A DNA stretch of 64,000 bases from Antedon mediterranea (taxonomy: Eukaryota; Animalia; Echinodermata), in the NCBI RefSeq assembly GCF_964355755.1, contig NC_092672.1, positions 34,106,437-34,170,436 of the forward strand, written 5' to 3'. This document shows, piece by piece, positions 53,573 to 64,000 of the stretch. The position numbers and the translations under genes were made by a program. Every line of letters begins with the position of its first letter. Positions within the stretch are counted from its first letter, which is position 1. Below the pieces are notes generated by a model. The model did no database searches. It was not told where the DNA came from and saw only the letters and a program-made list of their open reading frames with translations.

Positions 53573-54821
53573 ATCATCACGTGACTATTCATGTTTGTTG
53601 CTTGACCAAATTATTTGTTTAATAAATGGAGAAATTTAACGCAAAATCTTCAGCTATGAAGTGCATGGAACGCTAAAGCGGGAAGAAACACAAATATGGA
53701 CGCGCGCGTTCAAACACTGATAATAGTACACGTTTGTACGCGCGCGTAATCTTTATGTCTCTTCGACGGATCTTAATTGGTTGGAGCACTCATTAGTAAT
53801 TATTATGTGGTTTATACCGTTAAGCGGAAATCTAACACTACTTTAAATGAGATGCTATATAGTAGGCCTATCGTTTAACAATCAAAATGATGTGCAAAAA
53901 AAACGGATTGAGGAAATGTTAAAAATAGCATAGTCATACACTATCAAGTGTTTGGTTTTAATAGTTTTCCTTTTGAGTATTGTTCTTCCAATATAATAGA
54001 GGCCTATTTCATTGAAATGAATCACACCCTTCCTTTTGAAACAATGCAAATGTCAAAGTTCATTTAATATTTTTACGAAATACTGTATGTACTAACATGC
54101 AGTATTGTGAAACCAAAGTGAAGTTAAAATAAGATTGTTATTCATGTTTTGCCAAAATGATTCAATAAATATATAATTCTTCTGCCAAGTACTTTGTGGC
54201 TTTCTTTTAATATCGTTTCTTTTTAATACCAGAGGTCTATAAGTTTTCCGAAACGTTGCTATATAATATATATATATAAGTAAAAGTTATTGTTTATTTA
54301 CTAAGGGTGAAAAACATTGGCATGCATATGTTATGTTCCAAAACCGTGACTTGTTGTTTGTAGCGATTGTAACATTGTATGGCGTAAACGATTCGAAGGA
54401 TTACGTTCAATTCGATTTTTCCAAAAAGTTCCAAACCTCCAACCGGTCTCGCCTGAGTCCACCAATACTAATTTAATCAGTCGTATAGTCGGTGACTCAT
54501 CATATTGTAAATGTGACCGGCTATATCAATCAACAAGCAAATTTGAACTTGTTGGACTTTATGTTTGATGATATTGAACTAACGTTTACTCAAACCCTTA
54601 CCCCTTGCCTTAAATTCGTGTACACTCCCCGTATTTTGTGGACAGTGTAATTTGAATGTTAACTGACTTTGTCGCCAGCAACGTCCTTTTTCTCTTCTCA
54701 CGTGTACGCGATAATAAAGTTGTCATTATCTCGTAACGTCTATCAAGCGTAAAAACACTAACCGTACCTACTCGGCGTTTGGACGCAATATGTTCAACGT
54801 CTGTTACGTGTTTTTTTTTTT

Positions 54822-55855
54822 TTATATAGGTGCTGATAAGCGCTGGTTTCCATCGACTAATGTTCCTTTTGGTGGTTTATGTTGCGAAAGAGATGTTAAG
54901 CTGGTAAATGAGCATGGCTTAGCGCTCAGCCAGCGAAACTTCTGGTTAGTCATGCCGTTACGTTGGAAAATATCTCTGAAATTCACATGATTGTGTTTTT
55001 TGGTCTGGTGGTGTCTGTTCTGAGTTTTCTTCCCCGAACCTATGCTTGTTCGCTCACTGGTACGACTCATCAGAACTCGAACGGTGGCTAATTTTAGTTT
55101 TGATAAGTCCATTAATTCGTTTTCTTCCAGTTTCTGATAAACTGACGCAGAAACTGAGGAACTGAAAAAAGAATGAATAATAATGTTATTAATAAAAACC
55201 ATGAAAATATTTTCATAAAAGAAAATTCTCACCTTCTCTCCGAATACGATGTAAATTACTTGGATGTGGTGGTGGTGACGATAACGGTGATGTCAAATAT
55301 GGTAAAAAAAATCATTAAAACAATAGCTATGATGACAAATATTAAATAATAATGATGTTAATGATATAATTGAAGATGATAATGGGTATTATGACAAGGA
55401 CAATAGCCGTGCCACGGCTAGGCCTACTATATAATAATGAAGTCAGATATTATTTACCTTACAGTCTCCTTATGTTGCACTGGTGGAACTCTGAGGGTAA
55501 CATCCGGGGTAGGCGTGCGTAAACAAATCGAATCCCCAATCTTATTTTTTCTGTACTCTTTGATATAAGTACCGACGTCTGAATGATGAACAAACGGAAA
55601 TGGACTCGAGTTTGAGGTAAAACCCGAAGTAACAGAGCTCGGGGTCTCGGAACTTCGTCGCAGCAGCCACATGTTTCTTTTCGGTAATTTCTGATGACGA
55701 TCACCTGCGCGTACGCGTTGTTTACGCAATGTACTACACGTGATTAATCCGTCACAACACGTTCGTTGTTTTTGGCAATATTTGCAGTATTCGTCACACA
55801 AGTTCCAGCCAGAAAATATTTCTTCATTTCCAAGTTTTCTTAATTTGTGTTCCAT
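54822..55855 (-). CDS. Putative uncharacterised basic protein (two or more exons)
   Basis: ORFs 55855-55458 and 55161-54822 join in frame through a GT-AG intron. GC is higher than in the flanks. No recognisable domain. Confidence 0.45.
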
Positions 55856-56194
55856 CTAACAAATGGAAGAAATTTTAAAAATTCCAAAGTCATCCACTTG
55901 CATGTTCCCTTATTTTGCAAAAGTGATATCCTTATAAAGAAAAAAACAATTTGAGTCGTCATGCCATTATCCTTGCATATGTTTGTTTTGTATCTACGAA
56001 AAAACATGAAGAAGTTTCATTTATCCAGTGAAAGGTGTCATACCATTCTGGTAGATTCTAATGTTTAGAGCTGACTTGCATTCATCGTGCTCAGAAGTCT
56101 TCATACGGCTGCTGGATACAATCTTTACATGCTAGGTAACATTTCTTTGAAGTGTTAACGTAATCTTACGCGAGTAACAAGAATGTTGGAAACA

Positions 56195-56412
56195 GTTTCT
56201 CAATCCTATAGCGTTAAACCTCTAAGTTTCTTAATCCTATGGTGTTAAAACTCAAAGTTTCTCAATCCTATGGAGAGTTAAAACTCAAAGTTTCTTAATC
56301 ATATGAAGTTAAACCTTCAAGTATCTCAATCCTGTGGGGTTAAAACTCCAGCTTTCCCAATCCTTTGGAGTTACAACTCCAAGTTTCTCAATCCTATGGA
56401 GTTAAAACTCCG
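56195..56412. repeat. Minisatellite, ~31-bp unit (GTTTCTCAATCCTATGGAGTTAAAACTCAAA) x ~7
   Basis: Tandem copies visible directly. Confidence 0.8.
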
Positions 56413-57786
56413 AGATCCTCCACAAAAAACAAGATGAATGTATGACGTTCACATGCCAACTAAACTGACTTAGCTCGGTACCTTCATAATTAAGGTACAT
56501 TACTTTAAGATACAAACGGCCGTGGGTAAATGTGCTTCAGAGTGTATCCTTTTTGGTATGTAAATTAGCTCTGTATTACTTCTTTTGTTCCAGAGGTGTT
56601 CACACCATTCACCTGATTGGTAGATCGCATTTAATCGATAATTGACCACTTCAAATCACCATTAGATAATGAACGTTGAATATAACAGTTGAGACGCTAA
56701 AAGGAATACGAAATACTATAGAAAACTACAGTAGGCAAGAAAAACAGATCGAACAAAGGGTGTAATGAAAGATTTATTATTAGAAGGGGATAAAGGATGT
56801 ATTTTAAGTTCATTGCGACGATCCAAAAATCGATATAGACCCGTGTTTTTTTTCTTAACATCGCTCGTAAAAAGTTACGATGCATGAAAAACGGAAATCA
56901 CTGTAAATAATACTGCTGTACTGTACAAACATGTTTCGACGAAAAGGTCAATCCGGTCCTTCTTAAATTAATAGTACTGTAGTATTAATTTTGTCTTATT
57001 GTGCAAAATTAAAAACACGTCTTATTTATTCACTGTACAATTAAATATTATGTAACATTACAATGGCATATTCAACAATATTATCTTTAGTAAAGATATA
57101 TTGTCCCCCTCAACAATTTAGTTTTTTTTCTAAATATGCCATTTTAATGTCACATAATTTTTAATAATTATTTTTCATGATTTTGGGGGACAATACATCT
57201 TTAAAGAACTTTTACTTACAATATTACAGTATTATATATTACTGCATTTCCAAAACTTAAGGCGCCAAAGGGGTAGTGGGAAAAAAATATTGTCTATTTG
57301 TTCGTTTCATAAGAATGTGTGCCTAAATGTCCCAAACAAGTGTTTCTACTACTGTATATTGAAATATTTCTTGATTTGTTGATGAATTACAGCCCTATAT
57401 ATGAAGTATATTAACTTTTATATATTTCTTTGTTGATGTTAATTGTCTTTTGTATAGGGCCTAACCAAAATTAATTTTCTCCAAAGCGCTACGACCACAA
57501 GCCTCGAAACAAGGTGGAAATTACATCATTTCATATGTTATGCAAAAGAGATGGGTTTTCAGCAACTGTTTATAAAGTTTACAGTGGAGTTGGAATTCTT
57601 GAAATTCTACTGTAATTAAAGAGTAATGAAAAACACACAAAGGAAAAACAAACAACTTGATAAAATACTTTTAAAATGATTTATTTCAACACAATTCAAA
57701 CAACAATGTTATACTGAGTTAAAATTCTTGAGTGACTGAATGTTAATAATTTATCATTTTTGTTTTTTATTTGTTGTTGCTTCGTT

Positions 57787-60655
57787 TTAATCAAACAGTC
57801 CGAAGCCCATATCGTCATCAGATTCTTCCGACTCCTCTTTCTTCTCTTCTTTCTTTTCTTCTGCAGCTGAAAAATGTAAATATATCATTTAATTTCAATA
57901 GCCACACCTCCATTAGGATATCCTTTATTTAGGGGACACTTTCCCATGAAACAAGAGGCAATATATATTTTAAGCCCTGTCTACACCATCACACTTTATG
58001 TGACAACAAAATGTGATTGTGCCCATATATGGACATGATGATGTTCTATCACTACCATATTTGAGCATATCACCACCATATTTGGGTACATCACACTTGT
58101 TTGATAGTGTAGACAGAGCTTTAAACACTACAGACAACCTCGAATTTAAGTGTTGGTATGTTTTACTGTATTCTCAGAATGTAATAGTCATCAGCCTTTA
58201 ATTATCAGCGACCCTAACCTAGACTCATTAATTTGCAATTCAATTGGACAATGCCTAACCTTTGATCTTAAACATTATCGAAAATGCTTAATTTGCAAAT
58301 AGGTTTTGAAAATAATCAAATCAAATAAATATCGAAACATTTAATCATGGCTTGCCTCTTATTATTTGGAGTCAGTTTTATACTATGTTATTCATTTCTT
58401 TTAATTTATTTAATGAAAACACAAAGCAACAGAGTCACCATAGCATGAAATGTCTGTAGCCCCAGAAGAAATTAACTACATAAAATTTAAAATACATTAA
58501 AAAAAACTATGCCTTCCCTGAGTGCACGTATTTTATCTCTGTATGCTCAGAAAAACTATAATTATCAAATCAACGTATTTCAGTCGAAAGATGGTGTTAA
58601 ATAAATCATCATTACATACAGCTTTTTTAATGCAGCCAAAAACTAGATGATTAATGATATAATAACAAAAAAACAACTAGATGATTCAAACTGGTTTTCA
58701 TTTGGGTGTTCCTAATCGAAACTTCCTTGATAAATTCTATGATTTTACAAAACTTACCAGCTTCTCCGCCGCCACCTCCAGCAGCAGCACCACCACCACC
58801 ACCTGAGGCAGCACCTCCACCGGATGGCACTGAAGCTAACTTGCTCTGACCTGAATGCAAAATATTTATTGGGTTAGAAATAATAAATAGAATAGTAATA
58901 TTAAAAGCTATCAATAGTATCAATAATACATACAAGGGGTCTAAAAAAAAGTTGTAGAGAAACAACAGTTTAACAGAGACAGGGAAACTAAACACCTCAC
59001 AATATCTTCCTATTATGTCTTATCTCAGTGCTCTTATTTGTCTCTGTATGCTCAGAAAAATTATAATTATCAAATCAACGTATTTCAGTCGAAAGATGGT
59101 GTTAAATAAATCATCATTACATACAGATTTTTTTTAATGCTGCCAAAAACTAGATAATTAAACCAGTTGGTATTTTATTTAAAATAGTGTTCTCAATTGA
59201 ATGGTGTTTGGAGGGCGTACTCAATTGGAGAGCGTTCTCAATTGGAGGATGTTCTCAATTTGAGAGCGTTCTCAATTGGAGGATGTTCTCAATTGGAGGA
59301 TGTTCTCAATTGAACTGTTTCTTGGATCTCATGTTTGGTTTACAGTACATTTTGCTTATTTCATTACCTTCAGCAATGACTTCATTGATATCTTTTCCTT
59401 GGAGCTCTTCAATTACACGGTCCAGCTTATCTTCTTCAGCATCAATGCCAACACTGGCAAGGATCTTCTTGATGTCTTTAGCATTGGGGTTGTTGTTACC
59501 ACCAAGAGTAGCTAACAAATAAGCGGCCACGTAACGCACTAAATTATAAACAGAATGATCAAATATTGAGCTCTTTCAAACTTTATGCAACAACAAAATG
59601 TCATGTGCATGTCATATCAATACTATTTTTTTTTATAGTGAAGACAGAGCTTAGGGTATAAAATATCAATAATTAGCAACAAAAATGGAGAAATATTCAT
59701 ACATTAAGAATTAGGATATCTGTTGTTTAGAAGAGGAACGCTCATGATATTTCATAATAGTATTACACTAACTAATGAATTCCATTAAATTAAGGTTTTA
59801 TTTGTTTGAATTTAATTGAATTAATTTCTTTTAGGAAATAGATATGGTTGAAAATATCTTGACAATACAATGCAGAGTATTGTACAAACCACACCCGCAC
59901 CACCAAAACCGCACCTACTTCTGCCAGGATGTAACATATTTAAAAATAATACTTTAAGAATGATATTCATGAGAATTAATTAATTAAACATTTCAAAAGG
60001 TTGAAAAACAGAGATATTTTTAACCAGCAGCCTACTTTATTTTGAAGGAAATTACAAGGCATACTGCAAAAACATATTCTCTTTACATTTCAAAGAATGT
60101 ATTTTATACTAAAAAGCGTTAGAATCATTGTTCTGTACTTCTTTGGAATAAATTTTCTATAATTTAATTTACAACTTTTCAATGAAAGGTCAGAAATGAA
60201 TTATAGTTGCATTGCATTTAAATAGTCTTAGAATCAAGATATATACATAAACTTTCTTGTTTCTGCCAACATTTATAATATAAAAGCTTTCACTGTTTCC
60301 GCATGTTCAGAATAATTAATAATGCATCAATTTTTTCAGTCGAAAGATGGTGTTAATTAATTCATCATATCATGCTGAAAAAAGTAAACAAAAATGTATT
60401 TATTCTTAGCAATAAAGCTCCATAAATCACATGCACCTTCACCATGAAAGGTCAGTCATGGCGAACGCAATGGACCATGTCCACATGCCACGATTTCCGC
60501 GAGGCTATCGACAAAAAGAGGGCTTCGAAAAAACTTGTTTATTTCTCGATTTATATTTATAATTTCTGTTAATTGTTTATATAAGATTATACCATAAACG
60601 TTCAAAATGAATGTAGTCGAACATAAAAGTTGACATATATTCAATAAACCTTACT
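57787..60655 (-). CDS. RPLP2: 60S acidic ribosomal protein P2, 114 aa
   Basis: Exons 60655 (A of ATG), 59538-59368, 58850-58758, 57866-57787. MRYVAAYLLATLGGN...EEKKEESEESDDDMGFGLFD. Confidence 0.95.
58539..58621 (-). ncRNA. SNORD51: Box C/D snoRNA, U51/SNORD51-like (RPLP2 intron 3)
   Basis: Terminal stem CTGTATG/CATACAG, box C ATGATGA, guide CACCATCTTTCG before D' CTGA (complementary to LSU rRNA CGAAAGAUGGUG), box D CTGA. Confidence 0.82.
59044..59126 (-). ncRNA. SNORD51: Box C/D snoRNA, U51/SNORD51-like (RPLP2 intron 2)
   Basis: Near-identical to 58539-58621, with the same boxes, guide and stem. Confidence 0.82.
59186..59312. repeat. Minisatellite, ~16-18 bp unit (GTTCTCAATTGGAGGAT) x ~7
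   Basis: Tandem copies in RPLP2 intron 2. Confidence 0.8.
60301..60375 (-). ncRNA. SNORD51: Box C/D snoRNA, U51/SNORD51-like (RPLP2 intron 1)
   Basis: Stem GCATG/CATGC, box C ATGATGA, identical guide TTAACACCATCTTTCGA-CTGA, terminal CTGA. Spacer sequences have diverged. Confidence 0.8.
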
Positions 60656-60715
60656 TTTAAGTCTATTTTCGACACGAAACTGTGTGCACGCTGTGTAAGT
60701 TGATTTCAGTTTGTT

Positions 60716-60725
60716 GGGAAAGAAT
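60716..60725 (-). promoter_or_regulatory. TCT/5'TOP initiator of RPLP2
   Basis: Minus-strand ATTCTTTCCC ~65 nt upstream of the first donor (AAAA|GTAAGG at 60654), typical of ribosomal-protein gene starts. Confidence 0.6.
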
Positions 60726-61060
60726 GATAACACGCATGCGCTCGACCGCCACCACTAAAAAAAGAGGGCGCAATATTAAAATATGAAAACATAAAACAAC
60801 AACATTTTGGTGTACTGTAGGCCAGCCTAGTCCTAGCGTCCTAGCTGGACTTTGTAAACTTTTTAAAGCAATTTGATGATATGCGCATAATTCGTTAAAG
60901 CATGTACGTCATTGTTTACAATAATATTTTCATTATTAATTTACTTAATCTACAAGGCTAACTAGCAGGGTTGCTTTTATGTAAGTTAAGTAGTGACTGA
61001 GTAGGACCTGGCTGGTGGGCGTCCTACTTACTTGCACTACTACTACTAGCACCTAGGAAC

Positions 61061-63157
61061 GGATGCTAGTCAAGTCGCCCCATCGCAAAGTCGCCCCATA
61101 CAAAGTCGCCCCATACACAGTCGCCCCATCGCAAAGTCGCCCCAAAACAAAGTCGCCCTGACACAGTCGCCCCATTGCAAAGTCGCCCCATCGCAAAGTC
61201 GCCCCAACGCAAAGTCGCCCCATCGCAAAGTCGCCCCAACACAAAGTCGCCCCATCGCAAAGTCGCCCCAAACGTTAAAAAATAGTTTAAAAGTGCGTAA
61301 AATGTCGCAATGATACACAAAATAACACGGAACGTGTAGGCATAAAAGGGGAAGCCCCTCCATGTAGTCTCAGGTCACACGATCGGCACGCTCCCCAATC
61401 ATCAGAGAGGAAGCCCCCAACTAATCACTCCGCGGTCGCACTAACGTGCTAGCTCTCACCAGAGGGAAACCCCCGTAATTACTCCGCCGTTGTCGCACTA
61501 CAACGCACCATCTGAAGATGGGGAAACCCCGTCGGAGTTTTACGATGATATCAGTCGCGTTCGAAATCGGTGGCGTTTAATTTTGGTCGTGATAAAATGA
61601 TGTTATACGATCTAGATTATTTTTACTTTGGTCGATGAATATTTATTATTATTAGGCCTATATTAATAATTGATTTTTGTTTTTATTTTACACTGAGGTC
61701 TATGATGAGAGAAAGATGTGTGCCTTAAAAATGACAATTTGTAAACATAGTTTAAGATTATAGTAAGCCTATTATTCAGCATAATGTCATTTAACAGTAC
61801 ATAAATTTAAATGTGAAATATTTTATAGGGAACGTAGGCTACGTCTGTGTCTTTTATTTTTTATATGCAACAAATTAGGTAAAACAATTTATTTATAAAC
61901 ATTCAGTTTACTATTATATACATAGTATTACAATGAACATTGATTATAAGCCTGGAAATGCAATCCCATCATTATATCCATTATAAAATTGCATCATATC
62001 GCCACTACGTGCATGTGTGTATTCGTCGTACGTCCGTGTACGTATTATTCCGTGCCTCTTCACTGTCATGTCTTGTTTATTAAAATTAAATAAACACCCG
62101 ATATGAGGATATTTATTAGGCATGATAATTAGAATGTTCTATAACCAAAAGGGTTGAAAAGAATTTCTTCAGTAAAATGATCATTCTGCTGTTGAATAAA
62201 AAGCGACTCGCAATCTGAAACATTCTCTGAAACCAATCGGAGCTGCTCCTTCTGGTATCTGTTTCCTTCTCACAGCTGCTACGTCTTTCTGCTGCCCGTC
62301 GGGGATTCCCCTTTTTAAAAAACACGCACACGATATTCATACTGTACGATGGTTTTTCCATGGTCAAAATGTAGCGTTTTAATTTTACTAAAATACCTGC
62401 ATGTGTAAAACGATCATATCGGCGAAGAAATCCCCTTTTTTTTATTTCTTCATTTTGAAAAGTCATAATTAAAATTAAATAACTATAGACACATAACTTG
62501 TCAATAAATGCAAAATGATCAGTAAGTAGCCTATATAACATTTATTGTCTTACAACGCTGTTATTGTTTTAACTACTGTAAATATACGAAGGCCTACTAT
62601 TTATACACGCGTATGTTGAAGAAAGATTCGTAATTGTGGCTCTATTAACTAATTTTAAAATCATATTAAATTAACATTTTCGAAACTATAAATCAGGGAT
62701 AATCTTTTCGAAATCTTTTTAGAACTTTCAAACAAGGGACTATTTTTTAATGATTTTTAAAAAGCACATCACTCCATTATAACCTGTAAAATAAAAATTA
62801 AAACACAAATTATGTATATAAATAGGGTAAACATTATAATGTATACGACATTTAGCGCGACCAAAGTAACAACGCAATCGATATCAAACGCAACCGCTAT
62901 ATGATTAAAACAGCGTACTACTAGCGGCGGCACTTCCGAAATAAAACCGTGGGCGACTTTGCGATGGGGCGACTTTGCGTTGGGGCGACTTTGCGATGGG
63001 GCGACTTTGCGTTGGGGCGACTTTGCGATGGGGCGACTTTGTAATGGGGCGACTGTGCCGGGGCGACTTTGTTTTGGGGCGACTTTGCGATGGGGCGACT
63101 TTGTATTGGGCGACTTTGTATGGGGCGACTTTGCGATGGGGCGACTTGACTGGATCC
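61061..63157. mobile_element. Mutator/Foldback-like non-autonomous element with tandem-repeat TIRs
   Basis: Perfect 9-bp TSD CCTAGGAAC (61052-61060, 63158-63166), GGAT..ATCC termini, ~210-bp TIRs each built from ~13 copies of AAAGTCGCCCCATCGC. No transposase. Confidence 0.88.
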
Positions 63158-63513
63158 CCTAGGAACGTATCTATTCTAGCCACCTATATTATAGTATTAT
63201 ATATACAATATATCTAGGCCCAGCTAGACTAGAGGGCCAATAGGTAGGCTGGAAAACCAGCAGTGTTAGCTGCATTGTCATTGCGATATACTGTACAGTG
63301 TAGCCTAATAAAAATTGGTCCGGCATAGCGCCGCTATACAATCTTTTTGGTCAAACTTATGTTTACTTTGAAAATGTACATTCATGAGCTTTGTAAATTA
63401 GTACTTGACTGTTGCCGGTTCTCTACTAGCACCCCACGGTACTCTAAATTGCTCATATATTATGAATTTATTGAATTACTTTCAGCATTGATTTACCAAC
63501 AACTTCAAGAAAC

Positions 63514-64000
63514 ATGTCCAAGTTGGAAAAGCTTAAAGACCTTGGGATAGTTCCATTCAAATCGGGACCTTTAGATTCCTACAGGTCAACGGCAAGATTT
63601 GATTGGATAAAAATGAAGATAACTATGGAAGGTGAAGATAAAATAAGATATATGGTATGTAAATATCTGTCTACACTAATAAACTTTATGTGACAAAAAA
63701 TTTGATGTGCCCATATATAGACATGATAATCTCATATCACTACCATATTTGGGCATATCACTACCATATTTGGGCATTTTTTTTTAGTTTGACAGACCTT
63801 AACAACTAGTTGCATACTTTATGTTCCAATTTTCTGTTTGATTTAATTCAATATTTATTTTCTAAATTGCTATTTTTATAGAATAAAATATGGAAAACTT
63901 TAGAGCTTGACCCGGAGTTTCAACACCCTCATCGCGAGTTGACAATCAAGGAAAAACGTGAGAGAACGTTTAAGCAGATGAAACGCTTAATAGAATATGA
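63514..64000 (+). CDS. ACOX3: Peroxisomal acyl-CoA oxidase 3, 5' part (continues beyond the window)
   Basis: Exons 63514-63654 and 63882->64000: MSKLEKLKDLGIVPFKSGPLDSYRSTARFDWIKMKITMEGEDKIRYM|NKIWKTLELDPEFQHP...KRLIEY. This matches the ACOX3 N-terminal pattern GPLD.YR..A.F.W...EGE...LE.DP.F. Confidence 0.85.

Noticed and set aside
61053-63217. ORFs with repeated WGDFAMGRLC peptides, and ORF 62116-62541 as a transposase
   Set aside because: The repeats are translations of the TIR tandem units, and the internal ORF shows no DDE or zinc-finger motif.

Overview
AT-rich, intron-rich animal genomic DNA, probably a marine invertebrate. A deuterostome such as an echinoderm is plausible from the SINE types but cannot be proven here. 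Genes reconstructed by hand from splice sites, in order: the 3' end of a HEAT-repeat gene (+); a 20-exon, ~1465-aa receptor gene (-, 3273-35523); RSRC2 (-); a 4-exon FABP (+); a possible orphan gene (-); RPLP2 (-), carrying a U51/SNORD51-like C/D snoRNA in each of its three introns; and the 5' part of ACOX3 (+). The receptor has a signal peptide, seven TB (8-Cys, fibrillin/LTBP-type) domains, four EGF/cbEGF domains, a stalk and a class-B (Methuselah/adhesion-like) 7TM domain, and is the most unusual feature. One of its introns (16.6 kb) is almost entirely a nest of non-autonomous DNA transposons (Academ-like > Mutator/Foldback-like > TA-flanked inverted repeat). The nest encloses two oppositely oriented arrays of a 106-bp satellite whose monomer contains a copy of the innermost terminal repeat. 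The arrays also record apparent transposon excision footprints. Many MITEs, SINEs and LINE fragments are present. Exon models, alignments and copy numbers were made by eye, and family names come from recalled knowledge, not database searches.
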